Shown one piece after another: positions 1 to 11,886 of a DNA stretch of 64,000 nucleotides (position 1 is the stretch's first letter; every line of letters starts with the position of its first letter). This DNA comes from TPA_inf: Saccharomyces. Lineage: Eukaryota. The position numbers were made by a program, and so were the translations under genes. The stretch covers positions 1-64,000 of the forward strand of contig BK006949.2 of the NCBI GenBank assembly GCA_000146045.2, written 5' to 3'. The notes below the pieces were generated by a model that was given only the letters and a program-made list of their open reading frames with translations, was not told the origin of the DNA and searched no databases.

Positions 1-279
1 AAATAGCCCTCATGTACGTCTCCTCCAAGCCCTGTTGTCTCTTACCCGGATGTTCAACCAAAAGCTACTTACTACCTTTATTTTATGTTTACTTTTTATA
101 GATTGTCTTTTTATCCTACTCTTTCCCACTTGTCTCTCGCTACTGCCGTGCAACAAACACTAAATCAAAACAGTGAAATACTACTACATCAAAACGCATA
201 TTCCCTAGAAAAAAAAATTTCTTACAATATACTATACTACACAATACATAATCACTGACTTTCGTAACAACAATTTCCT

Positions 280-3200
280 TCACTCTCCAACTTCTCTGCT
301 CGAATCTCTACATAATAATATATCAAATCTACCGTCTGGAACATCATCGCTATCCAGCTCTTTGTGAACCGCTACCATCAGCATGTACAGCGGTACCCTC
401 GTGTTATCTGCAGCGAGAACTTCAACGTTTGCCAAATCAAGCCAATGTGGTAACAACCACACCTCCGAAATCTGCTCCAAAAGATATTCCAGTTTCTGCC
501 GAAATGTTTTATTGCAGAACAGCCCTATCAGCATCGACAGGAATGCCGTCCAATGCGGCACTTTAGATGGGGTAACTCCCAGCGCAAGCTGATCTCGCAA
601 GTGCATTCCTAGACTTAATTCATATCTGCTCCTCAACTGTCGATGATGCCTGCTAAACTGCAGCTTGACGTACTGCGGACCCTGCAGTCCAGCGCTCGTC
701 ATGGAACGCAAACGCTGAAAAACTCCAACTTTCTCGAGCGCTTCCACAAAGACCGTATCGTCTTTTGCCTCCCATTCTTCCCGGCACTTTTTTTCGTCCC
801 AGTTCAAAAAGTACTGCAGCACCTCTGTCTTCGATTCACGCAAGTTGCTCCATACTTTATAATACAACTCTTTGATCTGCCTTCCAGACATGCGGAAAAC
901 TTGGCTCCCTTGCTTGCCTCTTGTCGAATCCAATACACTAATTGTTTCTCTTCTTCTAGTAATGGCCAGGTACCAAGCATAATTTCTCTGTATCTGAGAG
1001 TAGATCTCTCCCCTTTTTACGCTAAAATATTTCAAATATCCTACAGGGTCCCCATGATATGGCTCGATGTCTTCCAAGTATTCTTTGTATTCCTCGTCAT
1101 TTCGCAGCATTCTCTCCACAGCTAGTGCTTCCCAAGCCATCCTCCGATACGATACTTTCTGGCCAGCCCAACAGACACAGAGCTCGAACATCTTTTGACA
1201 GCCCTTGCATAATCCGTATTGTGTGAATACTCCCTCTGGGCAGAAGTATACGTCAATACCATAGAGGAAAAGATGTTTAATTTCGTCAGACCGAAATCCA
1301 AGAAACTGTAAGACATTCATATTCTCGGAAGTATTGGGAAATTGTGCTTTCAGTTTCTTTCTCTCTAGCAAAACCATTTGACTCCCTTTCCGCTTATACG
1401 ACTCTTTGTTAATGTCGGTGACTGGATGGAATCTATTATCCTCAGCATTGCCATCTTTATTGGCGTCCTCCTTGGCACTAGCGTTGGTACTTTCAGTGGT
1501 AGTGGCATTAGTGCTGGAGTTGGTGCTAGCAGTGGTAGTGGCATTAGTGCTGGAGTTGGTGCTAGCAGTGGTAGTAGCACTAGTGTTGGAGTCGGTACTT
1601 TCGGTGGTAGTAGCACTAGTGTTGGAGTCGGTACTTTCGGTGGTAGTAGCACTAGTGTTGGAGTTGGTACTTTCAGTGGTAGTCGCACTAGTCCTGACGT
1701 TGATGCTGGCAGTGGTAGTAGCACTAGTCCTGACGTTGGTGCTGGCAGTGGTAGTAGCATTAGTGCTGGAGTTGGTACTTTCAGTGGTAGTCGCACTAGT
1801 CCTGACGTTGATGCTGGCAGTGGTAGTAGCACTAGTCCTGACGTTGGTGCTGGCAGTGGTAGTAGCATTAGTGCTGGAGTTGGTAGTCGCATTGGTACTG
1901 GCATTAGCACTACCATGAATGCACGTGTCGCTGTCCTCATCACTGCTGCAATACTTTCTGCACCTGTCACTGCTATTGCTCTCCTGGAAGCTAGACGGTA
2001 ACGCAACGATCGACATGGAAGCTGTCGCCTGTTTTTCAGCCAATCTGTCCATTCTTTCTATCAGTTCCACTGTGTCAGCAGACAGGTCTGTCCTGGAGCC
2101 ACAGCATCCAACATGCTGGCCCTTTTTTCCTTTCTTTGATTCAAGTCCATAGAACTCGCGTACCTGTTCGGTTATACAGCCTTCCTTAATCGGTGGTAAT
2201 TCACCCTTACGATTCCTTGCCGCCCAACTGTTTTTTCTAGATAATAGATAACAGAGGCCCCCATCTCTTAGTCTCCCTACGCCTTGAATGAGCTCAATAA
2301 TATTAAGTCTATTATCAAGCATGATCACCATCATCAATTGCTTAATGTCAATTCCTTCAGTCACTAATTTCGTTCCGATGAGAACTCGCATGCTACCGTC
2401 AGTGACAAACTCCTTTGTGCGAGACACCTTTTCTGCAGCACCCAGCTTCCCGTGTATCCATACCACCCTAAAATACTTTCTCCAAGAGCAGGCCAATTCT
2501 TCCACTTCGTTGGTTGTGCTTGCAACTACAATGGCCTTCGACTCTGGTTCAATTTCAAAGAGGGCTAAAAGAAGCTTCAGTGCTTCTTCGGGCTGTGATT
2601 CCACTTTCTTCCAAATTTTATGAACATGCCCTAAAGGCACCTCGGATTTCTCCTTGATTAGATTAAACATCCGTGTTGGATAGCTGGATAGACCTCTGCT
2701 GAGATCTTCCGACCGTTTGAGCTCGTTGATGTCCATCGACTTCTTGGCCAGTCCCGTAAGCCCAATACGCTGCAACGCAGCATCAGCTACAGCCTCAGGT
2801 GCTGTGCCGCTCAAAAAGATTGCTTTCTCAAAAGCGTCAAAATCAAGGTTAGTTATGCCCCCAAATTGCGACTGCCGGTAGACCTCCGTTTCAAAGTTGT
2901 GAAACTCATCTACAATGAGGTAACCCAATTTTACGTTGTTGGTCCTAAAGGTGCACTCAACAATATTCTCCCACGCAGCTATCCTGTCTGTGAAATTAGT
3001 GCTAGCAAGATCATCGTAGATCCCCACGTATAAATCAGTAACGCCATCGCAACCTTCTTCAATAAAGTTTCTTACAGGGGCCACATTCAAGCAACCGCAT
3101 CGGCTCAACCTGATCATGCAATTAGCAAGCAACACTGTGTACGGTACAAACAGAAACGACACATATTTCACGTCGCCCTTAGACGCCAGTGCTATCAAGG

Positions 3201-6007
3201 GGAGATGAAATAACTCCGTCTTACCATAGCCCGGTGGGGCCTGTACTGCCACAGAGGGTGTGTCTGCCATGTATATTTCATGACATAAGCGCAACTGATG
3301 CAAGTCCCTGAATTCAAAGGAGCTGCCAAAGAGTTTCTGGCCTGCGACGAGGATATCGTTTGTACTCTTGGGCTCTCGGGGCCTTTTTCGCGTTACTCTT
3401 GAAATTTTTTGATGATGATCTGAACTCGCCGCCTCACCTGCCACTACGTCTTCCGCATTCCGAGTACTAGAGAATGAACAATGGTAGTCGCTTTCAAGGC
3501 CTAACCATTGAATCCAGCGCTCGGAAGCTCGTTCCTGCAATAAAGTGGCGGTCGTCCCACTGACACTAGTTAACGAAAAGGAATCCACACCGTAAATATT
3601 TCGCCCTGTTTGAACGGAATGATTGGCCATGAGTTCACTCGTCGCCGACTCGTACAAATCTGTTTCAAATCTGCTACCTACGCAGTGCCGTCCTAGGGCA
3701 ATCAACCCCTGACGCATCTCCCGAAAATTCAGCTTCTGAGGTGCATTCTTCGGAAGTTCCCTCATGTACTGCCGAAAAGTTGCGTATTCAACCAGACAGC
3801 CCTTCGCGGTATTCAGAAACATGTAGGAATACAAAACTATCCTCGAAATGTCTCGATTTGTTACTTGATCTGGATCCTCAAATCCCACCACATCCATCCA
3901 AGGATCATGATTAAAAGCGTCATAACTGTTACCAAGCGCACATATTTGCATTTGCCTTAGCACAGTGACAAAATAAAACACGTAATCTGAAGTGAGTCCG
4001 TCAAGCGTCTTAAGTCGAGGCTCCGATGAACCGTTCTTGTTGTAATCAGTGTACAGTTGGATGCGTCTTGTTGTATCATCGACGTATACGTTGCGCTGAG
4101 GACCGGCAAAAGCGAGTAGCTGAAGCTCTGGATAACGGTAAGGGTATCCTACGGCAAAATGGATCATCCACATAAGTGGCACCGTAAGCTCGTCAATTGC
4201 AACAGTGACTTTATTTTTAAGAGCCGCGGTCATTTTGTTAGTATCTCTTCTCAACTTGGGCAGCACAATTTCACGATATTTAACAGGTATCATTTGAAGG
4301 AAAGAATCGTTCTCCAGATACTCGTCAATTCCTCGCTTTGGCTCTCTGAACAAAACTTCTCGATTACGCAAAATGAGGCTGGCAATATCAACCACTGTAG
4401 GCATATAAAAGCAGTCGTTCAATTCTTCCCAAAGGTTATCAAACTGAGCCTTGCATGCAAAGTAAAAGCCGCGGACATACTCGCGATTAAACAGTTTTCC
4501 ACATACTGATACACCATCAGAAGAAGGTACCAAAGTTATTCTATAAGAGTCCTTCAGCGCGGTTTCCTGCGCTACTTCGTGGTACAGAATTTTGATCCAT
4601 TTCCACATCGCAACGCCGTTGTTGTCATCAAATATATCTAAATCCCTTGCGGTACAAGCACAAGACGACACCAATAAAGCTTTCACGGCATCTAGTGTTT
4701 TTCTGAGTCTTCGTGGAGTGTTAGGACTGCGCAACTTACATACTTTCAAGCCATGCTCGTCCACAGAGGGAATAATGGGTTCTTCATTCGTAATGGATCG
4801 ATCCTCTTCGTCACCAGCGCCACCACGGGGACCCGCCCCGAAATTGAGCGCACATGCTCGCAAGATAATATGCAAAATATCACCCAATCGGTCCTTTTTG
4901 TTCATCATATCGTTACATATCTGTGAAAAGTACTTTATCTCAGTGGGTTTACGTGGGCATAGATCACGCTTCAGCCGCTCTGTGTCGACTTTCTTTTCGC
5001 CAGGTAAACTTGCTTGGTATGCAGAAAAAATCGATAGCTCATCTACGTGTAGTAACAAAAACATGTAGGGTGCCAAATTGTATCCATATTTCCTTATGGT
5101 GCTTTTCTGAAGACCCCTTACAATAGGTGTGCCAGAAACAAAGTCAGTGAAAGTACGCATCGTAGAGCTGTCGTTCGGCCTGGCACTCGCTATTTCGTAA
5201 CAACGTTCCAGGACACGGAAACTCAACTCATTATAGTATCCTCTGTTGAGGTAAAAAAGAGAAAGGGTATCGTAATCCTTTCTATTGAATTTCAAAGTAT
5301 GCACTTGAAACAACGTGTAGACCATCAAGTTGATTTTCTTGGGAATAAGATACTTTGAAGGGATTGGTCCGCCCTGGAAATCTGGTTCGTCTTCAACAAA
5401 CGTCAGGAACTTTTGTACATTTTTCCCGACCATGACGGAAACGACAATTTTTTCAAAAGACCTTTTCCTATCCATTGCACCAGTTCTGAATTTTACCACT
5501 TTGATTAGACCAGACTTTTCGTCTTCGTAGAATGACCGCACTTCCGTGGGGATCGATTCAAATAAAGTTATTGAGGGACAATGTACCAAGTCGTTTTTGT
5601 TATTTAGAGCCGACTCAAACTCGTCAAAGTTTGCTTTTTCAAACTTACGCCTATCGGAAACTTTCATTTTATTTTTGTAAGTTTCGAAATTAACAATAGT
5701 ATGTTGATTGTTATGCTTTTTGACAAGAAATCCATCAATATAAACAAAAGATTGTCCAGTTTCCGTCTTATCATCATCTAAGAATGTAATAATTAAGCTA
5801 TTGAGAAGATGCAGAATCTGCGCTATGCAGGTGCAAATCTCTAGCAGCAGCAAAGTAAATTCAGTTAGTAAGAAATCTCACTAAGATAAGCGACTGTCTG
5901 TCCCCTTCAAGCACAACATAGAAAGCAGAAGGATGTCTCATTCATCGCTTGATTTCCGGCCTGCAAAAATAAAGTAGTCGGTACGTACGTTCGTTTTCAA
6001 TTTCCAT
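280..6007 (-). CDS. YRF1-7: Y'-encoded DNA helicase (YRF1 family), spliced: complement join(280..5840, 5989..6007), 1859 aa
   Basis: The 1857-aa track ORF has helicase motifs (APPGYGKTE Walker A, VDEFHNF box) and the YRF1 family sequence. Its apparent start is a TTG artefact. The real ATG is at 6007-6005; the 19-nt exon 1 ATGGAAATTGAAAACGAAC reads MEIENEQ and joins in frame to ICTCIAQ, the recognisable YRF1 N-terminus. Confidence 0.9.
1476..1912. repeat. About 12 copies of a 36-bp (12-codon) tandem repeat inside the YRF1 ORF, encoding a Ser/Thr/Asn/Ala-rich tract
   Basis: Direct repeats of agtggtagtagcactagtgttggagttggtactttc variants. The protein shows [26 protein letters not shown] repeated. 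Spurious ORFs open on the other frames and the opposite strand. Confidence 0.9.
5841..5988 (-). other. Spliceosomal intron of the YRF1 gene (148 nt)
   Basis: On the minus strand the 5' splice site GTACGT sits immediately after exon 1, the branchpoint TACTAAC is at 5870-5864, and the 3' TAG|AG acceptor at 5843-5841 restores the reading frame. Confidence 0.75.
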
Positions 6008-6469
6008 GGTGCACAGTATCTTAACTATCTGCTTAGTCGAGGAGAACCAGGATTCTGTTCGTTGCTCAGCCGCTTCGTGGATATTCTCTTGGATACTTTA
6101 AATATGGACCTACGCTTAGCCTGCGCTTAGCCTACAACTTCTTCCGCTCTCGAAAAGACCAATATAATAGAAAGTTATAAATTACATTTCCTTATTAGGT
6201 ATACGACCTCGCGCTTCGAAGTAGAGGAGCCCTTTTTGGCGTACCTACATATGGCGCGTCAGACAGACAAACTTCCCCCAAAAATGTATTACCCCGCCGA
6301 ATAAGAAAACAGACCCATTCACCCACGACGTATCAAGTTACTTCCTTGGTGCAATGTCCCACTATAAAAAAATTCCTTGACGCTAGATCGTTGGACTAAA
6401 ATCTGCGTCACAATCGCCTAAACAGGAAATATTGCCTATTTTCGTACAAGGTTACTTCCTAGATGCTAT

Positions 6470-6790
6470 ATGTCCCTACGGCCTTGTCTAACACCATCCA
6501 GCATGCAATACAGTGACATATATATGATGAACCTGTCTCTCAACTTACCCTCCATTACCCTACCTCTCCACTCGTTACCCTGTCTCACTCAACCATACCA
6601 CTCCCAACCACCATCCATCTCTCTACTTACTACTACCATCCACCGCCCATCATAACCGTTACCCTCCAATTACCCATATCCAACTCCACCACCACTTACC
6701 CTACTATTACCCTACCATCCATCATCCGCTACTCACCATACTGTTGTTCTACCCACCATGTTGAAACGTTAACAAATGATCGTAAATAAT
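6470..6790. repeat. X-element combinatorial repeats (STR region) with TTAGGG-like Tbf1-type motifs
   Basis: Many TTACCCT / TACCCTA units on the plus strand (the reverse complement of TAGGGTA / AGGGTAA) in a C/A-rich low-complexity block between the Y' element and core X. Confidence 0.55.
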
Positions 6791-7480
6791 ACACATATAC
6801 TTACCCTACCACCACATGCCGTATCCACCCTCACTTGTATACTGATATGGCATACGCACACGGATGCTACAGTATATATCATCTCAAGTTACCCTACTCT
6901 CACATTCCACTCCATGGCCCATCTCTCACTTCATCAGTACTAAATGCACTCACATCATTATTAACGGCACTTGCCTCAGCGGTCTATACCCTGTGCCATT
7001 TACGCATAACTCCCACGATTATCCACATTTTAATATCTATATCTCATTCGGCGGCCCCAAATATTGTATAACTGCTCTTAATACATACGTTATACCACTT
7101 TTACACCGTATACTAACCACTTAATTTATATACACTTATGTTAATATAACCAAAAAATCACCATCAAAATCACCTAAACATAAAAATATTCCATTCTTCA
7201 ACAATAATACATAAACATATTGACTTGAAGTACGAGCACTACCATGACGTCATTAACGTAAAAGTTCCTTAATATTCCCATTTGCTTGAACGGATGCCAC
7301 TTCAGAATATTTCGTACTTACACAGACTTCACATTAGAATATTATGTCATCCCATTGTTGTGACACTCTTTATTCACCGAGCAATAATACGGTAGTGGCT
7401 CACACACATGTGGGCGCTATCCCCTCAACTCTATTCCAGTTACAGTTACATAAAAAACTAACCTAACAAAGAAATAATAA
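6790..7480. repeat. Core X element (approximate extent)
   Basis: Sits between the STR repeats and the first unique gene, contains an 11/11 ARS consensus, and is AT-rich and non-coding. Confidence 0.45.
7175..7185 (-). promoter_or_regulatory. ARS consensus sequence (ACS) of the core X replication origin
   Basis: Plus-strand taaacataaaa is TTTTATGTTTA on the minus strand, an 11/11 match to WTTTAYRTTTW. Confidence 0.55.
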
Positions 7481-7932
7481 TATTTATGTCACAAAAATCA
7501 GGGTCTCTTGCTATGACTTGCTACTTGTTTTGCCCTGATCTGCAATCTTATTTTTAAAAGTGACGCATATTCTATAAACGACCCCGAGGCGACGCGCCAA
7601 AAAATGAAAAAAAGGAAGGACACATTTTTATAGAAAGACAAAAGGCTGCGAAGCCGCACATTTCCAAGTTCAGTATTGCTTATTGGACATACCCTATTAG
7701 CTTTATTACCATGCACCCTTTTCCAGAACAGTGACGCAAAAGAGAAGTTTCTATTTTGGGTTTATTGTATTGAGAAAATACTCCACAAACACTGTTATTG
7801 ATCAAAAATGAGTTGTCATATTAATATACATTTACATATGAGAAATTGTATTTATATCAATAGAATAACATATTTTATTTCATTTTCTTTACTTTTTAAT
7901 GTCTATGGAATTTCGTTCGTAAAAGCTTCTCT

Positions 7933-8427
7933 CTATTTTGGAATAGCAGTGTAGATACCGTCCTTAGATAGAGCACTGGAGATAGCCGGTCTCAATCTGG
8001 TAGAGTACCATGGGACACCAGTGATGACTCTGGTGACTTGTTCAGCTGGAATACCAGTCAACATGGTGGTGAAGTCACCATAGTTGAAAACAGCTTCAGC
8101 AATCTCAACTGGGTAGGTCTCTGTTGGATGAGCTGCTTGAAACAAGTAGTATTGAGCCAAATGAGCTCTGATATCGGAGACGTAAACACCCAATTCGACC
8201 AAGTTGACTCTTTCGTCAGATGGAGATAGAGTGGTAGTGGCTGGAGCAGCGGCAACACCGGCAGCGATAGCGGCAACACCAGCAGCGATTGAAGTTAATT
8301 TGACCATTGTATTTGTTTTGTTTGTTAGTGCTGATATAAGCTTAACAGGAAAGAAATGAATAAAGACATATTCTCGAAGGCATATAGTTGAAGTATCTCT
8401 ATTTATACCTATTCCTTCATTGGTCAT
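7933..8427 (-). CDS. PAU22: Seripauperin (PAU family) protein. The ORF as annotated from the upstream in-frame ATG is 164 aa; the conserved PAU N-terminus [13 protein letters not shown] begins at 8307
   Basis: The protein [54 protein letters not shown]... is a typical PAU/seripauperin. The gene sits directly inside the X element, as PAU genes typically do. Confidence 0.85.
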   Translation of the reverse strand: MTNEGIGINRDTSTICLREYVFIHFFPVKLISALTNKTNTMVKLTSIAAGVAAIAAGVAAAPATTTLSPSDERVNLVELGVYVSDIRAHLAQYYLFQAAHPTETYPVEIAEAVFNYGDFTTMLTGIPAEQVTRVITGVPWYSTRLRPAISSALSKDGIYTAIPK

Positions 8428-8766
8428 CACCACTTAAACGATTCGTTAACAGATGCTCCTTTAGCACTTCACATATTCTCCATATCTCATCTTTCCCACA
8501 ACTTCATGATCACTATGAAGATGTTTTTGTTTTTAAACGAGGCATGCATCTTTATAGATTCTGTATGCGAAGGTATTGTTTTCTGGGGCCTTTGTCTATT
8601 CGTATGCGCCGAATGTGAGAATGCCAGTTATAGGGGTGCCGAGGTGCCTTATAAAACCCTTTTCCGTGCCTGTGATACTTCCTTTTTTGGTATAGCAGAA
8701 TGTCTGAATTTAGTTGCTATAGATCCTCGTTCAGAAGCGTATTGCTAAGCCTATCTCCAGTATACC

Positions 8767-8774
8767 CTAAACGA
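8767..8774 (-). promoter_or_regulatory. Candidate AR1 / sterol-response (Upc2-type) element TCGTTTAG in the PAU22 promoter
   Basis: Plus-strand ctaaacga reads TCGTTTAG on the PAU22 coding strand, about 340 bp upstream of the ATG. It matches the TCGTTYAG anaerobic-response motif of the PAU/DAN/TIR genes. Confidence 0.35.
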
Positions 8775-9518
8775 TCGCCGAGAAAAAATAATACTGTACC
8801 CTCCTATTTCCCGGAATTGTACAGAATAGTAGGTATGTGCTGGGAGTCGTATATTGTTAGAGTCTGTAATTTTTACGCGCGCCTAGTGGATTCGTTGATA
8901 CGATTACGTTATTCTAAACCGTCGCAAAGCAAATTGTGTTGAAGTAATTCAAGACTTTAAATCACTTGTACCAAAATCATTGTTGCGAAAACTTATCCTC
9001 AGTATTAGTTTCTTGACCGTAACAGTAGTTGAAAAAAATAAAATCATTTCTATGATCGATACACTTTCATTATTTAACTTCTCTATTATGGTGTAACTTC
9101 TTACTTTTGTCAGAAAAAAAGATTTCAAGACACAACAAGAATGGGGTCAAAGGTCTGCTTGTACTATCAGGAAGATTTGATACCAACCGCGTTATAAGGG
9201 TTACTAGAAAGTAATAGCTGCTAAAAAATTTAAACCGAAGAGATTAATCAGAAAGCTGAAAAACTGCAGTGTTAGTAGAGTTGTAAGCATTTCTTGATTG
9301 GAACAGCCTTCCCCCACACGTCCACCCTTGTTCAGACAGATTCGTAATGATTTTGTGTGTAGGCAATGGAAAACTTTAAAAACGGTTTGATTTCCTACAA
9401 GATAAAACATATGAATAAAATAACTTGTGTCAAATGCCCCATTTCCATACTGTAACCCAAATCAACGAAATAAAAAATAAAACCTCATATGATTTACTTT
9501 ATTTAGTCATAAAAAAAC

Positions 9519-9539
9519 AAAAAAAAAAAAAAAAAAAAA
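9519..9539. other. Homopolymeric A21 tract just 3' of ERR2
   Basis: An uninterrupted run of 21 A at 9519..9539. Confidence 0.9.
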
Positions 9540-9556
9540 GGAAACAAGACAATCCT

Positions 9557-10870
9557 TTATAGTTTGTTTCCATCATGAAACCTATGACCAGCATATATAC
9601 AATCGTCCCCCAGTTCCTCTTCGATACGCAAAAGTTCATTATACTTGGCCAGTCTTTCTGATCTCGACAAAGCGCCCGATTTAATTTGACCACATCTTAA
9701 ACCAACGACCAAATCAGCGATAAACGGATCTTCGGTTTCACCTGATCTATGCGATATCATTACACCCCATCCAGCATCGAAAGCCTGATTGGCGGCTTCA
9801 ATAGACTCAGTCAGAGTACCGATCTGGTTGAGTTTCAGCAACAGAGTATTCGCACATTTCTCCTCTATAGCACGGGCGATCCTGGTCTTGTTGGTGCATG
9901 TCAGGTCATCTGCAATAATCTGAACATTGACAGTCTTTAGGAAGGCAGACCACGAGGACCAATCATCTTCGGCGTAGGGATCTTCCAGGGAAATGATTGG
10001 GTATTTCTTTAGCAATGAATGGTAATATTCTGCTAACTGGGCTGGACTGAGCCAGTGAGATGGGTCAGAGTTCGGTTCCTTGAAATTTAGGTCGTATTTC
10101 CCGTCCTTATAAAAAACAGAAGGAGCACTATCGATTCCTACTTTCACTCTACCCTCGTAACCGCATATGTTAATGGCTTCCACAATCATGTCCAAGGCGT
10201 CTTCGGCAGTGTCAATATCGGGGGCAACTCCACCCTCGTCACCAACATTTCCAGCGGAAGGTCCATATTGCTCCTTCGCCAATATCTTCAAATGATGGTA
10301 AACTTCCGAACCCATCCTCATGGCTTCTGCAAAGCTCTGAGCCCCGACTGGCGCGATCTTGAATTCTTGCATAGCTAAAGAGCCACCGGCGTGGGCTCCA
10401 CCATTCAAAACATTGAAAAAAGGAACAGGAATAACAAAGGGGTCCTGTCTAGCATCCGCTAACTCGGCTATATACTTGTAGAGAGTAATTCCCTTTTGTG
10501 CGGCAGCAGCTCGAGCAACGCACAAGGAAACACCAAGGATAGCATTGGCGCCCAACCTTGACTTGTTAGAAGTTCCGTCTAACGATATCATGAGCTCGTC
10601 TATGCCCTTCTGATTGGTTACACATAATTCGGACTTGATTAAAGCAGGCCCTATGATACTATTGACGTTACTGACTGCCTTGGTCACCCCTTTTCCCATC
10701 CATTCGGACTTGTTCCCGTCTCTAAGTTCAACAGCTTCGTGAATGCCGGTGGAGGCACCAGATGGGACGATCGCTCTGAAGAGACCATTCTCTGTTGTAA
10801 TTTCAACCTCAACAGTCGGATTGCCGCGAGAATCATACACCGTTCTAGCATGTACCTTCGTGATGGACAT
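9557..10870 (-). CDS. ERR2: Enolase-related subtelomeric protein (enolase fold, 437 aa)
   Basis: [23 protein letters not shown]... with the full enolase signature ([16 protein letters not shown]). Start taken at the conserved Met, not the upstream [11 protein letters not shown] extension. Confidence 0.9.
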   Translation of the reverse strand: MSITKVHARTVYDSRGNPTVEVEITTENGLFRAIVPSGASTGIHEAVELRDGNKSEWMGKGVTKAVSNVNSIIGPALIKSELCVTNQKGIDELMISLDGTSNKSRLGANAILGVSLCVARAAAAQKGITLYKYIAELADARQDPFVIPVPFFNVLNGGAHAGGSLAMQEFKIAPVGAQSFAEAMRMGSEVYHHLKILAKEQYGPSAGNVGDEGGVAPDIDTAEDALDMIVEAINICGYEGRVKVGIDSAPSVFYKDGKYDLNFKEPNSDPSHWLSPAQLAEYYHSLLKKYPIISLEDPYAEDDWSSWSAFLKTVNVQIIADDLTCTNKTRIARAIEEKCANTLLLKLNQIGTLTESIEAANQAFDAGWGVMISHRSGETEDPFIADLVVGLRCGQIKSGALSRSERLAKYNELLRIEEELGDDCIYAGHRFHDGNKL

Positions 10871-11695
10871 ATTTTTATCGTTGAGATTCGATTTTTTCCT
10901 CACCTTGTTTTGGTATTTCTATTGCAAGACAAAGTGAAAGAAGAAGAAGTGGTGGTAAAAAATAACTATATATAATGAAAATTGTAACCTGGTGGGAGTG
11001 CAAACTGTAAGTGATAACCTGCCAGATCCATGTTTCTATTATATACCTAAGAACCAGCCAAGTTAGGTAAACGAGGAGTCTTTCAATATCTCTTTTCTAG
11101 TGAGAATGTTATTTAGGTAAATGAACAAGTTACCACTATACTACTCACCCCCTACACTTTGTTTGTGACCTCTCCCCTTATCCAGTTCATCGAAACTTTT
11201 TTTTCAACTTGTGGCGATCTGTGACATTGTCTACTACAAGAACCGATTTTGGTTGATGTCTGTAAAAAAAACAACCTTACCTTTCCAGATCCAACTTTCC
11301 AGGAGAGCTGCGTGAGTTTCAAATATTTACCATGTCGGAGAAAGCTCCCAAGTACTTCCTTGTTCTTGTCATTTTTTCCTTATCTCCATCCTTTAAGGAA
11401 GGTATTTCCATTATGCGATTCTATAAATCCGAGCATGCGAGTATTTCTTTTCTTGGCGCGGAGTCGCTGATGACGCAATAGGCACATTCACGAACATCCA
11501 GGACTGGTAATCTTCTCGTCTTAAAGAAAATCCAACCACCAGTAAGAAACTCTTGGGTAAAATGGGGTATCTGAAATATTGCATAGCTGCAAATGAAGAT
11601 ATTCAGTATCAGCATAGGTATTTTCATGAAGGATAGGTAAAAAGAAAGAAAAGAAAAATATCTTTTTGACTGTTGTTCTTGCAATTATCACAATT

Positions 11696-11741
11696 AGGGG
11701 ACTTTAAAACCGATACTTGATATATGAGCACAGTCAAGGGG
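11696..11741 (+). promoter_or_regulatory. Two STRE (AGGGG) stress-response elements in the HSP32 promoter
   Basis: AGGGG at 11696-11700 and at 11737-11741, 150-190 bp upstream of the HSP32 ATG. This is consistent with Msn2/4-dependent induction of Hsp31-family genes. Confidence 0.4.
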
Positions 11742-11886
11742 CCGGTTCTTGAGATTTTAATGGAAAAGAGGAAAGTTGCACATACAGGTCTGCTTTTCTT
11801 TGCTTGCTCCAGACAACGATACTTAGAACTAAAACATATTTCTAGAACACTTTTCTCCTTCATTCAAAAAGAAAACTGGCCTTGCA

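Larger units (their letters stand above)
1..6450. repeat. Subtelomeric Y' element (long form), truncated by the left window edge; the centromere-proximal boundary is approximate
   Basis: Contains the near-full-length YRF1 helicase ORF with an internal 36-bp tandem repeat, and the first bases match the familiar S288C chromosome-end Y' sequence. No TG1-3 tract was seen at the junction with the X repeats, so the boundary is uncertain. Confidence 0.8.

Noticed and set aside
1365-2006. Three large overlapping ORFs (213, 207 and 170 aa) on both strands over the Y' 36-bp repeat
   Set aside because: They are a frame-independent open-reading artefact of the tandem repeat inside the YRF1 coding sequence. 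The products are pure low complexity ([12 protein letters not shown] / LVLAVVVAL repeats).
4159-5126. 116-, 158- and 67-aa plus-strand ORFs antisense to the helicase gene
   Set aside because: They lie entirely inside the YRF1 coding sequence on the opposite strand and show no recognisable domains; they are chance ORFs.
280-5853. The track's M start of the 1857-aa ORF at 5853
   Set aside because: The codon there is TTG, not ATG. The true start is the ATG at 6007, reached via a 148-nt intron.
6470-7124. 61-86 aa ORFs in the X element repeats
   Set aside because: They are open frames in C/A-rich STR repeats and core X. Their products are Pro/Ser/Leu low complexity, and they sit at a position known to be non-coding.
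8038-8279. 63-aa and 73-aa ORFs overlapping PAU22
   Set aside because: They are antisense or alternate-frame ORFs within a well-conserved CDS.
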